Source: Azolla caroliniana (taxonomy: Eukaryota > Plantae > Polypodiophyta). From it: a stretch of DNA of 64,000 nucleotides. Positions within the stretch are counted from its first letter, which is position 1. The number at the start of each line of letters is the position of its first letter. The translations under genes and the position numbers were made by a program. Location of the stretch: the NCBI GenBank assembly GCA_043228905.1, contig JBHGNT010000011.1, positions 3,038,001 to 3,102,000 of the forward strand. Direction: 5' to 3'. The notes beneath the pieces were generated by a model. The model saw only the letters and a program-made list of their open reading frames with translations. It was not told where the DNA came from and made no database searches. This document shows positions 12,272-25,846 of the stretch, piece by piece.

Positions 12272-13509
12272 TTGGAGCCGAAAGGCCCGACACACGTGGT
12301 GAACCTGACGTGAAACCAGGTGGCAAAGAGATGGAAAATCAACCGGGGGCTAACACATGATGGTGATGTTTGAGTGGATGCTACAAGAACAACGTGCGAT
12401 GTCGGAGATTGCGGCGGCAGTAGAGCAGCTCGTGCAACGGAACGGGCAATTCAACGGGAAAGACGTGTCGCGATATTTGCGAGATTACAAGGCGAAAATG
12501 CTACGGTGCGGGATTTCGGAAGGACTGCAAGTGACATCCTTCAACCGGGTGGCGACCGACGGGCTTCAAGGGAGTATCCACGGGATACGGCAGCAAAATC
12601 CGACGTGGGAGGCATTTGAAGAGGCGTTAAAGACCACGTTCGCCATCGAGGACTCCTCTAAGGCAACGAGGAGGGGATTCGAAGAATGGGTGGAAATGCC
12701 GGATAAGGGGATGAAGGTCCTCGATGTGTTTTCATCATTCGAAAGTCGGTTCGGGAGGTTTTCTGCGAGAGATCAAGCTATCCTCACACCGGACAAAATG
12801 ATCATGTTCCTACGAGCCGTGGACATCTGGGACCGAAAAGATCTTGGAGTGCTTTTGGAGGACACGACCACTGAGAGCGGCCTCACTAAAACATGGGAAA
12901 GCATGTGGGATATCGTCGCACGATACACGAAGAGGGGGCAATGGCTTGCTAGCAAAGAAAAGAGGGTTTCAGATCCAATTCCGAAACCGAGATCCAGATT
13001 GGAAGACCATCAACCGAGGGCTCGGTAGACTACGACCGAGAAGGGAATCGATGCAACCACGGTGGAGCAGTTGTTGAAAGAAATGGAGAATCTGAAAATC
13101 GTGATGGTAAAGAAGTCGGATGACCGTCCCACAAGCTCCAAGTATATGGACCGTCAGTGCATATGGTGCGATAGCACAGAACATGATCGAAGGGATTGCA
13201 GAGCACAAGGAGGCATTCCGATGGGATCTTATCTACTACAAGGGAAACCGGATCCATTCGATGGACTCTCAGAAGCCACTCCGACCAAACTTTCGGAAAG
13301 GCAGCATGAAGAAGGTCCTCGAGGAGGAAATAGTGGCGAAAAGCAATTATGCGACAATTACGGGAATACGTGTCAGGGAGTCATCGGGAGCAAAGGCGTC
13401 TTTTTGGCCGGAAGTGCTAGAAAACCCCGAGAAAACCAATTCTAATGATATCTGAAGCACCGCGGAGGGCATCCGAGAAGCTACGGGATGGGAATGTCTC
13501 GTTGATAAG
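12272..13509 (+). mobile_element. Gypsy family B: last ~20 bp of 5' LTR, tRNA-Trp PBS (12297-12314) and gag
   Basis: TGGAGCCGAAAGGCCCGACA matches the end of the solo LTR at 57591. TGGTGAACCTGACGTGAA is complementary (1 mismatch) to the plant tRNA-Trp 3' end as recalled. Gag includes FNGKDVSRYL and CIWCDSTEHDRRDC. Confidence 0.8.
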
Positions 13510-15370
13510 TGTGGAGAATCAAGCTCAACTTGTTCTAGTGTGTGAACTCACCTTGAGAGTGAATAGACACTCCAACGGTCAAGAGTCACCATTATGTCAC
13601 CTCTTTGTATTCTAGCATTTAGTATGAGTCATAGAATCATATTCTATGACACATAACTTATGAGCTTTCACATTCCCCATGCTCCATGAGTCTTGTAGTT
13701 AATGAAGAGAGAGGGTGACTATATAAAGCACCCTCCTCCCACCTTGTATTGCGTTGAGTCTTTCTCCTTTGTTAATATACTTTTACCTTGCATATTCTCT
13801 ATGTCTTATTCCTTGTCTCTCTCTCTCTCTCACTCTCTCTCTCTCTCATACACACACATAACTCATATCTCTTCCGCTTCACAAGAATCCATCTCTTGAT
13901 TCTTTACATGGTATCATAGCGATTTGGTAGTTCGATCTAGCCCATTCTCCTCATCGTGATCGTGTGTTGTGCTCCACGTCGATGACCAAGAACCAGCTCA
14001 TCGCTATCGTAGCTTCGCTACATAGCTCGCATTCGAAGAGAGAAGAAGAAGAAGAAGAATCAACATAATGAATACTCGAATGGGGAGCGCTCTCCCTACC
14101 GAGAAGTTGGATCGAAAAAACTTCGAATCTTGGGAGTACAAGATGCACCAATACCTTGTCGGACAAGGCTATTCGAGCTACATCAAAGGAGCGCATGAAG
14201 ACCGACCCGTCGACACGGCTCCCGGATACGTGACATGGGAGCAAGCCGCAATCCGTGTGATGTATTTTTTGGCGACATGTGTTCACGACCACATGCTCGG
14301 TTACATTCGAAGGAAGCGTGGGAAAATCTACGAAAGATTTTCGCCGCCAACACGACCGCAAGGAAGCTTCAACTCCGCCAAGAGTTGAACAACATTCAAC
14401 AAAGGGAAATGACCATCACAACATATACCTTGAAGATCAAAGAGCTTTGCGACTCGCTCGGCTCAATAAGTATCGATGATGATGAGATGGTGCAAATATG
14501 CCTCGCACCACGGTTTGGCGCGATGCGAACCGCCGTTCTAGCAAGGGAGAAATCTCCCTCCTTCTTCGAGCTCCAATCAATGCTATTGGTCGAAGAAAAC
14601 CACGTGTGTACAAGGAGAAATGAGTCGGAAGGTCACATGCTCTACACGCACTCGAATGGAGGAAAAGGACGCGGACGAGCACGAGGCTGATTCGGCCAAG
14701 GACAAGGCAGACGAGGTCCAACCTACGACAACAACTCCCAATTTCGACCGCAAAACGGAAGCCAACGAGGAACCTTCGCAAGAAGGGGGAGCTTCCACTC
14801 CGGCCCGAATGCGGATATTGCAGAAAGCTCGGCCACCACCAAGAAGAGTGTCGAAAGAAGATGCGCAAAACGGCTTCCACAAGCCGACAACTCACGAATT
14901 ACACGCACAATTTCGACTATAAAGAGTATGGTGAAATGTACAGGCACAACTCCGACTACGAAGATCGTGGCGGAATGTATGCACACAACTCTGACCGTGG
15001 TGGAATGTTCATGATAAAACATAGAGCAAACTCTATGTTGGCCTCTACCTCAACTAATGCCGCTGGTCCAGAAGATGTATGGTTCGTCGATTCCGGTGCC
15101 TTGAACCATATGACATCGCATCAAGAATGGTTCCGAGAACTTCGAGAGTCGGACGTTCGGAAAAGAAGGTAAGCAAAATTACATTAAAAATGTCTTGCAT
15201 GTACCGACCATTACGAAGACTTTGGTCTCCGTCAGCCAAATTGTAGAGCAAGGGATGCAAGTTCGATTTAATCAAGGCGGTTGCTTCATCAAAAAAGAGG
15301 GCCGACTCATCGCACGCGGACGAAGAGATGGCCGAATGTTCATTCTCGACTCACACGAGATGAAATCCGC
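13510..15370 (+). mobile_element. Copia family C copy 1: 5' LTR 13510-13908, tRNA-iMet PBS, gag/protease, 3'-truncated
   Basis: TG..CA LTR nearly identical to 55620-56039; PBS TGGTATCATAGC; UBN2-type gag; WFVDSGA.NHMT protease. Confidence 0.9.
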
Positions 15371-15431
15371 TTTGACTCACATTCCGGAGTCCGCGTCGAC
15401 TCGCATTTATGCGGAGTTGCGGAATCCGTGC

Positions 15432-18400
15432 AGCCACTAAAGCAACGGAAGATCTATTTGCGGCTTGTCCGGATGTGACGGTGAAGATTGGGGATGTTGA
15501 GATCGACCATTCCGTGATCCTTGGGCAACCCTTTATCACGGCTTCACGGATGGACACAAAGGTGATCGATAGTGGTGCGGCTTTCACACGAATTCAGAGC
15601 CAAAACGGAGAGACATCCGTCCAATTCCTAACTGTGCCGTCAAATCATGAAAGGAACAAGAGAGATCTCTTGTCCCAAACAAGGATGGATTTTTAGAGCG
15701 GATTGTTGCGAAGTGGGGAAGTGATAGTCCGAGAAACCTGGATACCCCACACAGGAAGAAAAATCTTCGAGCAAAACAAGTACGAATCGGTCCGGATGGG
15801 GCATCTACGTACACGGCCGTAACCGGAGGAAAGAAGAAAGATTACCGAAAAGTAGAGGATAAGTTGAGTTCGGCATCAATAATAAAAGAAGACGAAGAAA
15901 TCATGGGGGTAGTCGAAGAAGTGTTATATGGGAGCACGCTACAACGGCTTGAAGAGCTTGTGGAGGATAAAAGGCAAGGAGACCGGGTAGTCCCGGTGGA
16001 ATCGGTCGAGATGTACGAGATCATTACGAAAATGGGGTCGAATGCACTCCGCAAAGAAGAAGCAATGGTAAGTACGAAATACAAGACCATGGAGAAGAAA
16101 GTGAAACCGGTCGCGGGACCGTTACCCTCCAATAGCGAGCAAAAGAGGAAAGAAGTCTTGGGAGATCCGACACTTCGGAAGTCCGTGGATATCGGACATG
16201 CCTTCACGGATAAGACCCGGAAGAAACTTCGGATCGGTGGAGGTGGTTTCCTTTTACAAAATGAAGAACGATTCCGTGGGATGTTGGAACAACATGGGAA
16301 AGCATTTGCATTCACATTGAAGGAGATAGGGTGCGTTGATTCGAAGATAGTGGAGCCGATGGTGATCTTCACGATTGACCATGTGTCGTGGAACCTAAAG
16401 CCGATTCTGGTGCCGCGGGCGCATATTCCCAAAATCATCGACTTGCTCAAGGAGAAGGTGGCGATGGGGATTCTAGAGCCATCAAATGCTCCGTACTCAA
16501 ATCGATGGTTTACGGTTCCGAAGAAGAATGGGTCACTCCGGTGAACAAGGTCACGATCCGGAACTCCGGAGTCGGTCCGATAGTGGAAGAATTTGCGGAA
16601 GCATTTGCCGGTCGAGCGATATACTCCATCGGAGACCTATACTCGGGGTATGACCAATTCCAACTAGCCGTGGAGAGCCGAGACATCACTACCATGCGGA
16701 CACCAATAGTATTAGTCCGAACGTGCACACTACCACAAGGAACGACAAACTCAGTTGCGCATATGATGAACGCGATGAACAAGGTGCTTCGAGATTGCAT
16801 TCCGGAGATAACGATGCCGTTCCTAGATGACATTCCGATGAAAGGATGCGCGGTAGAAGAAAAAGATGAAACTATGGAAGATTGGGGATGCCGAAAGTTC
16901 GTAGTCGACCATATTCGTGATTGCGAGAAAGTGCTTCGAAAGTTAGAATATGTGCACCTAACACTTTCCGGGGAGAAATCGGCATTCGGGAAGGAAGAGA
17001 TATTGGTAGTCGGACATCTATGTGGGCCCTATGGCCGAAGACCGTCACCAACCAAGATCGATGCGATTCAAGCTATGAAAGAAGTATGCGAGTCACAATC
17101 TATAGTCCAAAGGTTTCTTGGAGCTTGTGCATTTTATCACATATGGATTCCGCACTATGCACATATTGCGGACCCACTCTATCACTTATTGCGGAAGGGG
17201 AAGAAGTTCGAATGGAAACCGGAACACACCAAAGCCATGAAGAAGCTCAAGAAAACACTACGGAGGGCTAAAGCACTTAAGAAGCCGAGCTATGAGCGAC
17301 CGATCATAATAATGGTTGATACAAGTCCAACCAGGATCGGATGGGTCATCAATCAAGCTGACTCGGATGGTTTGCGATATCTGATCCGATTCGGAGCAAA
17401 GGTTCTCAACGAACGGCAACGCGGATATGCACAAGTCAAAAGAGAATTATGGGGAGTCATGTCGGCAATCAAATCGGATCGAGATTATTTGATCGGAGCC
17501 GAAGTAGTGATCGAAACAGATTGTCTTCCGATACTCGGGATGATGCACGATACCGGATGTGGTTATGCTAAGATGGATTGCTTATGTTAAGTCGCTTAAC
17601 CCTGACGTACGACATATCTCCGGAAAAGACAACGCGGTAGCGGATATGCTATCAAGGGCTCGGTTCGGAGACGACATAGCCGAATCCGATAATGCAGAAG
17701 TTTCTGAAGACTACTTTGCTTTGGAGCACAATATGCCGAGTAAACGTAATCCGAGAATTCCAAGAAGAAGAATACAAGGGAGAAAGCTTGATGATCGGGA
17801 AGGTGCTACAAGAGATTGAGAAATCATCGGACGATAAAGAGAAGAGAGTTGAGATCCGAAGGAAGAAGAGGCAAGTCCAAAAGTTCTTCTTGAAAAATGG
17901 ATTAATATGGAGGGAGCCGAAAAGACCGGATGGCATACCACTTTGGGTAGTCAGGACGAAAGAGCAACAAAACTGGATAATGTCCGAGTTTCACGAATCT
18001 TATTGGGCTGGACATTGAGGAACATGGGCAACTTTTGTGAAAATCAAACAAAAATATTGGTGGAAGAATATGTACAAAGATATAACAGAGTTCAACACCG
18101 AGATGAGTTACATCCAACATTCTCACCGACAATCAACTTCAAATGGATGGTCGACATTGTAGCCATGCCAACCGGGATCAGACAAAAGAAGTACTTGGTG
18201 ATAGCTCCGGAAGATCTCACAAACCAAGTAGAAGGTCGGGCGCTACGAAGTAAAACATGTTCTGTGGTATGCCAATTTCTTTTGGAGGAGGTGTTTTGTA
18301 GGTACGGGTGATAAGGACAAGTGATTGCGGATTGGGGAGAACTCGACTCTAATAAAGCTAGGGAATTCTTCACCAAACATGGAGTTCGGTTAACACTAAC

Positions 18401-19882
18401 AAAGACATACAATCTGGAGGCCAACGGGAAAATCGAACGAGGACATAGTCCGATCGTCAAAGCACTTGCCAAAGTATGCGACGGAAGGGTGAAGAATTGG
18501 CCGCAAATGCTCCTGTATGCACTATGGGTGGATCACACAACGCATAGCTCTGTGACCGGTTTTATGCCGGCCGAACTCATGACCGGACAAGCACCAGTAA
18601 TACCGACGGAAACCGCAATTGCAACATGGACAGTGATGCCGTGGAAGGAAGAGATGAGCCGGGAAGAACTACTAGCGGTCCAGATACGACAACTAGAGGG
18701 AAGACATAGTGGAAGCAACACGCCAACAACAGGAAGCGCGATTCCGGAACAAAAGCCGATTCGACACAAAGCATCGACTACGACTGCGGAAGATTGAAGA
18801 AGGCGATTGGGTGATTGTCTATGACAGTAGTCTAGATCATCAACATACAACGATACAAAAGTTCACGAAAAGGTGGTTCGGGCCATACGAGGTTTGGAAA
18901 GTTTTCGACAACGGAACTTACCGACTATGTCAGTTGGATGGAACAGTACTACGGGTGCCTATAGTAGGGAAACGGGTGAAGATTTTCAAGAAGCGGACTG
19001 ACGAAGAACCCGATGTAACCCCAGACAAGACCGACATAGAGGAGCAATCAGACAAAGCTCGTGGTGATGCAGAAAGCGAAGAAAGTGGTCTACAATTGAT
19101 AGTTGATATTGTCAAGACCGAGAGAGATGTTATCATGACAGATATAAGGGAGGAATTGGGTAGTGCTATGGATGAAGACGAACAACAGGCATTGGGAACT
19201 TCGGCACATACCGGAGGATGTGCGGGTTTGGAGGGGGCGAGTGTTGTAGTGTAATTCGCACACTACGTGAAAATTGCATTTTTGTCCCTCCAAATGGGAC
19301 AAGGAGGAACCGGTAAGGAAAACCGGTGAGAACCGGATGAAGGAGGAATCGGCAAGGAGGACTCGGTAAGGAGAACCGGTTAGAACCGGATCAAGGAGCC
19401 GGATAAAGAAGGCCGGTGAGAGTCTCTCACCGGATGAAGAGGAAATTTTGTAAATAGAAGAAAAGATTGTTACGTGCATAGGGCAAGATTCAAACCCTGT
19501 ACCTCCACATAAACAAACCCCAACCTTACCATTGTACTAAATTATCCTAAGTGTTCTAAATATAGATTTAATATGTATAAGACCTTTATTTACACATGTC
19601 TACCGTTATTAAAAGGTAAGTCATGCATTTTTAGAATGCGTGAATACTTTATTTATAAGAAAAATGTACACCAATAAAAAATTACTCGTGCACATCTAGC
19701 AAGCATGAGCACTATATTTAGGAAATAAAAGCATAGTGTAAAAAACAACTCATGCACATTTAGGGTGCATGAAGTTATGCTTAGCCTCTTCCATCCTTAT
19801 ATAAGGAGGAGAGAAAGATGTATGGGTTGTTGATTATTTTTACAAGGATTGATAAATCTAATATATTCGTGGGATTCACGAG
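15432..19882 (+). mobile_element. Gypsy family B pol (PR-RT-RNase H-integrase), PPT and 3' LTR from 19242 (truncated)
   Basis: RT SIGDLYSGYDQ...LPQG..NS...PFLDDIP; RNase H VDTSPT.IGW...KRELWG; integrase WAGH.G...DIVAMP...NGKIERGH and GPY motif; PPT GGAGGGGGCGAG then TGTTGTAGTG; many stops and frameshifts. Confidence 0.9.
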
Positions 19883-21557
19883 TATACAGTGATGCCATTT
19901 GGTCTCACGAATGCACCAACAGTTTTCTAACATATGGCGAATGACATTTTTCGAGATTTGCTCGATATTTTTGTCATAATTTACGTGGATGATATATTGA
20001 TCTACTCAAAAACTCAAGAGGATCATGATATACATGTTTGACAAGCTTTGCAACGGTTGCGGGAATATGGTCTCTATGCAAAATTGGAGAAGTGCAATTT
20101 CGATCAGTGTCAAGTGGAATTTTTGGGGTACATAGTCTCTTCACATGGCATCTCTAGGGATCCAACCAAGGTTCAAACAGTTTTGGATTGGCAAACACCA
20201 CAGTCTGTGTGAGATGTACAATGTTTTTTAGAGTTCGCAAACTTTTATCGCAAGTTCATCAAAGATTATTCAAAGATCGTATTGCCCCTCGCTCAATTGA
20301 CACAGAAGAATCGACCATTTGTGTGGAGTATAAATGCAAACTCTGCATTTGAAGGATTAAAGCAAGCATTTACATCCGCACCAATTTTGATGCATGTTGA
20401 TCCATTGAAGCGCTTTATACTCAAAGCTGATGCATCTGACTTCGCACTAGGAAGTGTATTATCCCAGATTAGCAATGATGGCCAACTGCACCCTGTGGCT
20501 TTTCATTCACTGAAATTCGAAGCTGCAAAAATCAACTATGAGATTCACGACAAAGAGCTTCTTGCCATTGTGGATTCTTTTCAACAATGACGTCATTTTT
20601 TGGAGGGTTCGTCTCAACAAATCATTGTCTATAATGATCACAAAAATCTAACGTACTTCCAAAGTGCTCGAGTCTTGAGTCGTCGACAAGCTCATTGGGC
20701 GCAGTTCTTAACTCATTTTGATTTCGTAATTCTATATCGCCCTGGAACACAAGGAAAAGCAGATGCTTTATCTCGGCGTTCGTATATGGAACTTCAACCA
20801 GGAGAGGCCGCATTTGAAAGTCAAAAGCAAATCATCTTGGGTCTTGACCGTCTATGACTAATGGCATTTCATGCTATAGACACACCCGAGGATTCAAATC
20901 TTTTGAACTCCATTCAGGAGCATATCGAGACTGATGAATTCGCCCAAGATATTCTGAACCATATTATCCCAGATTGTGCTTCTTGTTCACAATCTAAAAA
21001 TCCTCGTCAAGACTACAACCAGTTCAATTGGCATGATGGTTTACTTTTTCGACAGAATCTCTTATATGTGCCTGATGGTCCTTCTCGACTCCAAGTCTTG
21101 CAACAATGTCATGACACACCAATGGCTGGACATTTTGGCATCCACAAGACTTTGGCATTAATTTCTCGAAGGTATTGGTGGCTACGACTTCGCCACTTTG
21201 TAGTTGTGATACATGTTGCCGATCCAAAAAACCTTGACATCATCCATATGGCTTATTACAGCCAGTGTCTATTCCTAAGAGTCCATGGAAATCTATTTAT
21301 TGGACTTCATTACGGATCTACCACCTTCCAAGGGTTTTGATTTTATTCTCACGTAGTAGATCGTTTTACCAAGATGGCACATTTTCTTCCCTGCACAAAG
21401 GCCATTACGAGCCAGGAGACATCCGAGTTACTCATGCGAGAGGTGTTTCAGCATCATGGTCTTCCTGATGATATTATCAGTGATCGGGGTCCCCAGTTCA
21501 TCTCAAAATTTTGGTGGCACATGTTCAAACTCTTACATACTTCTTGCAAACTCTCAT
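19879..21557 (+). mobile_element. Chromovirus family D pol fragment (RT-RNase H-integrase), continuation of copy 1
   Basis: EYTVMPFGLTNAP...YVDDILIYS; ADASDFALG...LHPVAFHS...NYEIHDKELLAIV; HD.PMAGHFG; IISDRGPQFISKFW. Confidence 0.9.
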
Positions 21558-23431
21558 AGGGGGAGCCGGAAAGCTTCGAAGAAGCAAAGAAAGACACCCA
21601 CAACCGCAAGTGGTTGAGTGCCATGCATGACAAGATGGATTCCTTGCATGAGAACCACACGTATGAACTGATGGAGTTGCCGAAAGGGAAGAGAGCACTC
21701 CGGAACAAGTAGGTGTACAAGCTTAAACCGGGAGATGCCGGAAACCCACCGAGATACAAAGCCCGAATTGTAGTGAAGGGTTTCCAGCAGAAGAAGGGAG
21801 TAGACTTCGATTAGATCTTTCCCCCGGTAGTAAAGATGACGTCCATCCGAACGGTGTTGAGCATAGCGGCAAGCATAGACCTCGAGGTAGAGCAACTAGA
21901 CGTCAAGACGGCATTCCTACATGGTGACCTCAAAGAAGAGATCTACATGCATCAACCGGAAGGATTTGAGAAGAAAGGGAAGGAGCACCTGGTGTGCCAG
22001 CTGAAGAAGAGCTTATACGGATTGAAGCAAGCTCCCCGGCAATGGTACCGGAAGTTCGACTCCTTCATGAACGACGAAGGGTACCACAAGATGCAAGCCG
22101 ATCACTACGTGTTTGTGAAGAAATTTGACAGAGAAGATTTCCTGATATTCCTCCTATATGTGGATGATATGTTGATCGTCGAACGAGACCAAGGCAAGAT
22201 TTGGATGCTAAAGAAGGCTCTGAACTGGACCTTCTCAATGAAAGACTTGGGTCTGGCAAGACAAATATTGGGAATGCACATCATCCGGGACCGGTCGAAG
22301 AAGTTGTTGGGGTTGTCACAAGAGAAGTATGTGACAAAGGTCCGTCAATGGTTCAACATGTCGGAGGCAAAACCGGTCGAATCAACACTTCCGACAAACT
22401 GCAAGCTATCCGGAAAACAAAGCCCGAGGACAAAGACAGAAAAGACGAATATGATGAAGATACCATATGCTTCTGCTGTCAGGATCTTGATGTACTGATG
22501 TTATGTACCCAGCCGGATATCGGATATGCAGTCGGAGTGGTGAGCTGGTTCATGAGCAATCCCGGAAAAGAGCACTGGAATGTGGTCAAGTGGATACTCT
22601 GGTACTTGAAAGGCACCTCGAGTATGTGCCTCCTGTTCGGCTCCATTAAACCCCAACTTGACGGATTCACGGATTCGGATATGTCGGTTGATGCGGATAC
22701 CAGCCGGTCTACATCCGGATATGTCATGACTTATGCAAGGGGAGCCGTATCATGGCAGTCGAGGCTACAGAAGACAGTTGTGTTGTCAACCACGGAGGCG
22801 GAGTACATGGCAGTTGTAGAAGCTGGCAAGGAGATAATCTGGATGAAGGACTTCATCGGAGAGCTAGGGATCCAACAAGAGGAATACCGGCTCTACTGCG
22901 AGAGTCAAAGTGCCATCCACCTTGCAAAGAATGCGACCTGCCATTCCCGGATGAAACATATCCATCGGAGGTACCACTAGATGCAGGAGAGAGTAGAAGA
23001 TCAAGAGTTCGTGTTGACGAAGATACACACGGAGGAGAACGGGTCGGATATGCTGACCAAGGTGTTCACAACTGACAAGCTAGACGCGTGCCGAAAGCAG
23101 ATCGGGCTGGCGAGACATCCCATGCAGGAGTGAAGGGGGAGATTGTTGGGAAATCGGTCCCTCCGGATGGGATCCGGTGATGAATGAAGAGGACCCAGTG
23201 AGAACCGGAAGAGACCCATAAATTGGATCGGATGAACCCGGTGATAACCGGAAGAGATCCGGAAACCGGATCGGTTGGACCCGGTGAGAACCGGAAGAGA
23301 AGACATTTTTTTAAATATGTTTTGAGTAAGCCTATTGAGGCTATATTTGTAAATAGCCCTAAGTTCATAAAAGTTTAAATATGACTTAGGGCAATCACTT
23401 TACTGTGTGTTGTTGTCATATTGTTGTATAG

Positions 23432-23470
<39 letters not shown>

Positions 23471-23745
23471 CTATGAGCACTTTCTGTTGTAACCACCGTC
23501 TGGCGAAGATCGCGAGCACAAGGTTGTTGCCTCTACATTTCCACTTTGTATTTCCTCTCATATAGTGATAGTTTGGAGTCTGTGGGCTCCCGTGGTTTTT
23601 CCCGATTAGGGCTTTCCACGCAAACATCCTGTGTACTCTCTATTATCTGTGTGTGTACGTGTGCCCTCTCCCCATTTCCCATTTCTGTGTTTGATTCTCA
23701 TTGAAGTGATTGAAGACTCGGTTGAGGGAGCAATATTCCGCACTA
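21558..23745 (+). mobile_element. Copia family A 3' half: RT, RNase H, PPT and 3' LTR from 23144
   Basis: EPESFEEA...QLDVKTAFLHG...LKKSLYGLKQAPRQW...LLYVDDML...SWQSRLQ..V.LSTTEAEY; PPT GAGTGAAGGGGGAGA; LTR begins TGTTGGG. Confidence 0.9.
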
Positions 23746-23749
23746 TTCA

Positions 23750-25846
23750 GTACAGATTATGTGCACTACAATGAGTAGCGCCTCGGCCCAGAAACGATTT
23801 GATAGTACAACGTGTTGCATCATGGCGATAATTTGCTCCTAAATTGTCCAATTCATTCGTTTTGCAATGCCGTTTTGTCTTGGACTATATGGAGTTGTTA
23901 ACTCTCGTTTGATGCCGCGTTGTTGGCAATATCTGGCGAATTTGTCCGATTAGAATTCTCCACCATTATCAAACCTTAAGCATTTCAGCTTTCAGCCTAA
24001 TTGGTTTTCAACCATTGCAAGCCACTCTTGAAAGATCCCACACTTTTCTTGTCGAGTCGTCAATAAACGTGACGAAGTAGGAGTAGCTGTCGAGAGACTG
24101 ATGTGGCATCGGGCCACAGATGTCCGAGTGAACCAAATCGAGAGGACTTGACGCTCTTGACTCTCTAGTCGGGTGTGAAGCAGTAGTCTGTTTGCCGTAT
24201 TGGCAGTGCTCACAGAACTGGTGGTCGGAGAATGAGAGCTTGAATGTATTCGCCTCTAGATAAGTGCGTTATGCTAGCCTTGCTGAGGTGTTTGAGTCGT
24301 CCATGCCATAACGATGACACAAGAATATCAACCAGAAACAAGTCACCCTCTCTGAGTGTGACATATAGTGGGTATAGAGAATGTACTTTCGGACCTCGAG
24401 CAAGTAGGAGGTTCCCCCTATGGAGTGTTCACCCACCTAATGAGAAGCCAGCACGGATGTCGTCTTCATCTAACAGTACGATTGAGATCAATGGCCTTGA
24501 GAGCTCAGGTACATGTCGGACATCGTGTAGTAATAATGTAGAGCCACCCGGAAGGTTGAGGTTTACAGTGCCGATTCCAATTATAGCATAGTGTTGCGAA
24601 TTTTTGACTCAAACCGAGTCGAAATGTCGAGCCGAATATTGCTGAAATTGGGATATGTGAGGGGTCACATGGTATGAAGCACCCAAATTCAAGAGCCAAG
24701 TGCTCGATGCTTTAGTTGTAAGTAGAACTTTTGATTTGATTGAGTGTTCGATGAACAGAATGCTCAGGTCGACATTACTGGCCTTGGGAGATTCTGTCCA
24801 GAGTTGTCTACAAACAGTGGTAGGGTGCAGCTAACTAGCTCACTAGAATTCGTTCTAGCTGGATTTGGACATGAGTTTGCCGATTGGGTTTCAAAAGACT
24901 ATTGGATGGTGAGTTTTCTCAAATTGGCTACAACGAGTGGAGGGACAAAACCGATTGGTCTTCCCGAATATCGCTTAGTCGAGTTGAGCACAACTATATG
25001 CCAATTAGGTTCCCAATACCAATTTTAGAGGGCAATCACAAATTATGTGCCTTCTTTTTAGGTCGATCTTGCTTCGAGGGACTACGGCGATTGGAGGGAT
25101 AGATTTAAATTATTCTTCCCGTATTTTGTCTGGCCGAGTGAAGCACAAATGAGGTTTTTCCTCGGGCTAGATCTATTTTGAGTGGTTACAGCAAACAAGT
25201 AGACATTGTCTAACCTAGTAAATCACGATCGAGGCCAATTTGATAGAGATTCCACTCTGAGTGGCTGCAATCATAGAAGAAGTGTACATCCGGTTGGCTT
25301 ACCTTAAGAGTGATCTAACGCAGTAGAGTGCAAATCTTGAACTCGGGATCTTCAGGAACACAAGGGCAAGAATGTTGTGTACATCCGGTTGGCTTACCTT
25401 AAGAGTGATCTAACGCAGTAGAGTGCAAATCTTGAACTCGGGATCTTCAGGAACACAAGGGCAAGAATGTTGTTGAAAACAAATGATGCCCGGAAGCGAG
25501 TTGAATAACCTAGCTCTGATACCATATGTTGGAGTCTGAGACCGTCGGTGCGGAAACATGAACAACACCTTCTTATGAAGAACACCAAGTTAGCATAGTA
25601 AAGCAAGATCAAGGAGATAGAATGAGAGAGAGAGAGAGAGAGAGAACGGCACACGATATGTAACTGTATTATTCAAACTTAGAGTTACAATATAATGGAG
25701 GCAACAACCTTATGAGCTAGGTTATAAAGCCCATTATATACTAATTGGGCTAGGGCAACTGCCCTTCGACATATATACAGAATTGTCCTAAACCTTGTCT
25801 GTCCAAGGGACAATGTGAATACGGCCATTAACACTCGTATTCAACA
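23750..25846 (-). mobile_element. Copia family F 5' half (5' LTR 25846-25527, iMet PBS 25524-25513, protease/integrase remnants), inverted
   Basis: GCTCTGATACCA is the reverse complement of the PBS. Minus strand encodes LWHGRL.H...CEHCQYGKQ...LDLVHSD.CGP...FIDDSTRKVW...LRFDNGGEF...QNG.A.RMN. Confidence 0.85.
25283..25473. repeat. Perfect ~96-bp tandem duplication in the leader of Copia F
   Basis: TGTACATCCGGTTGGCTTACC...GGGCAAGAATGTTGT occurs twice head-to-tail. Confidence 0.9.
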
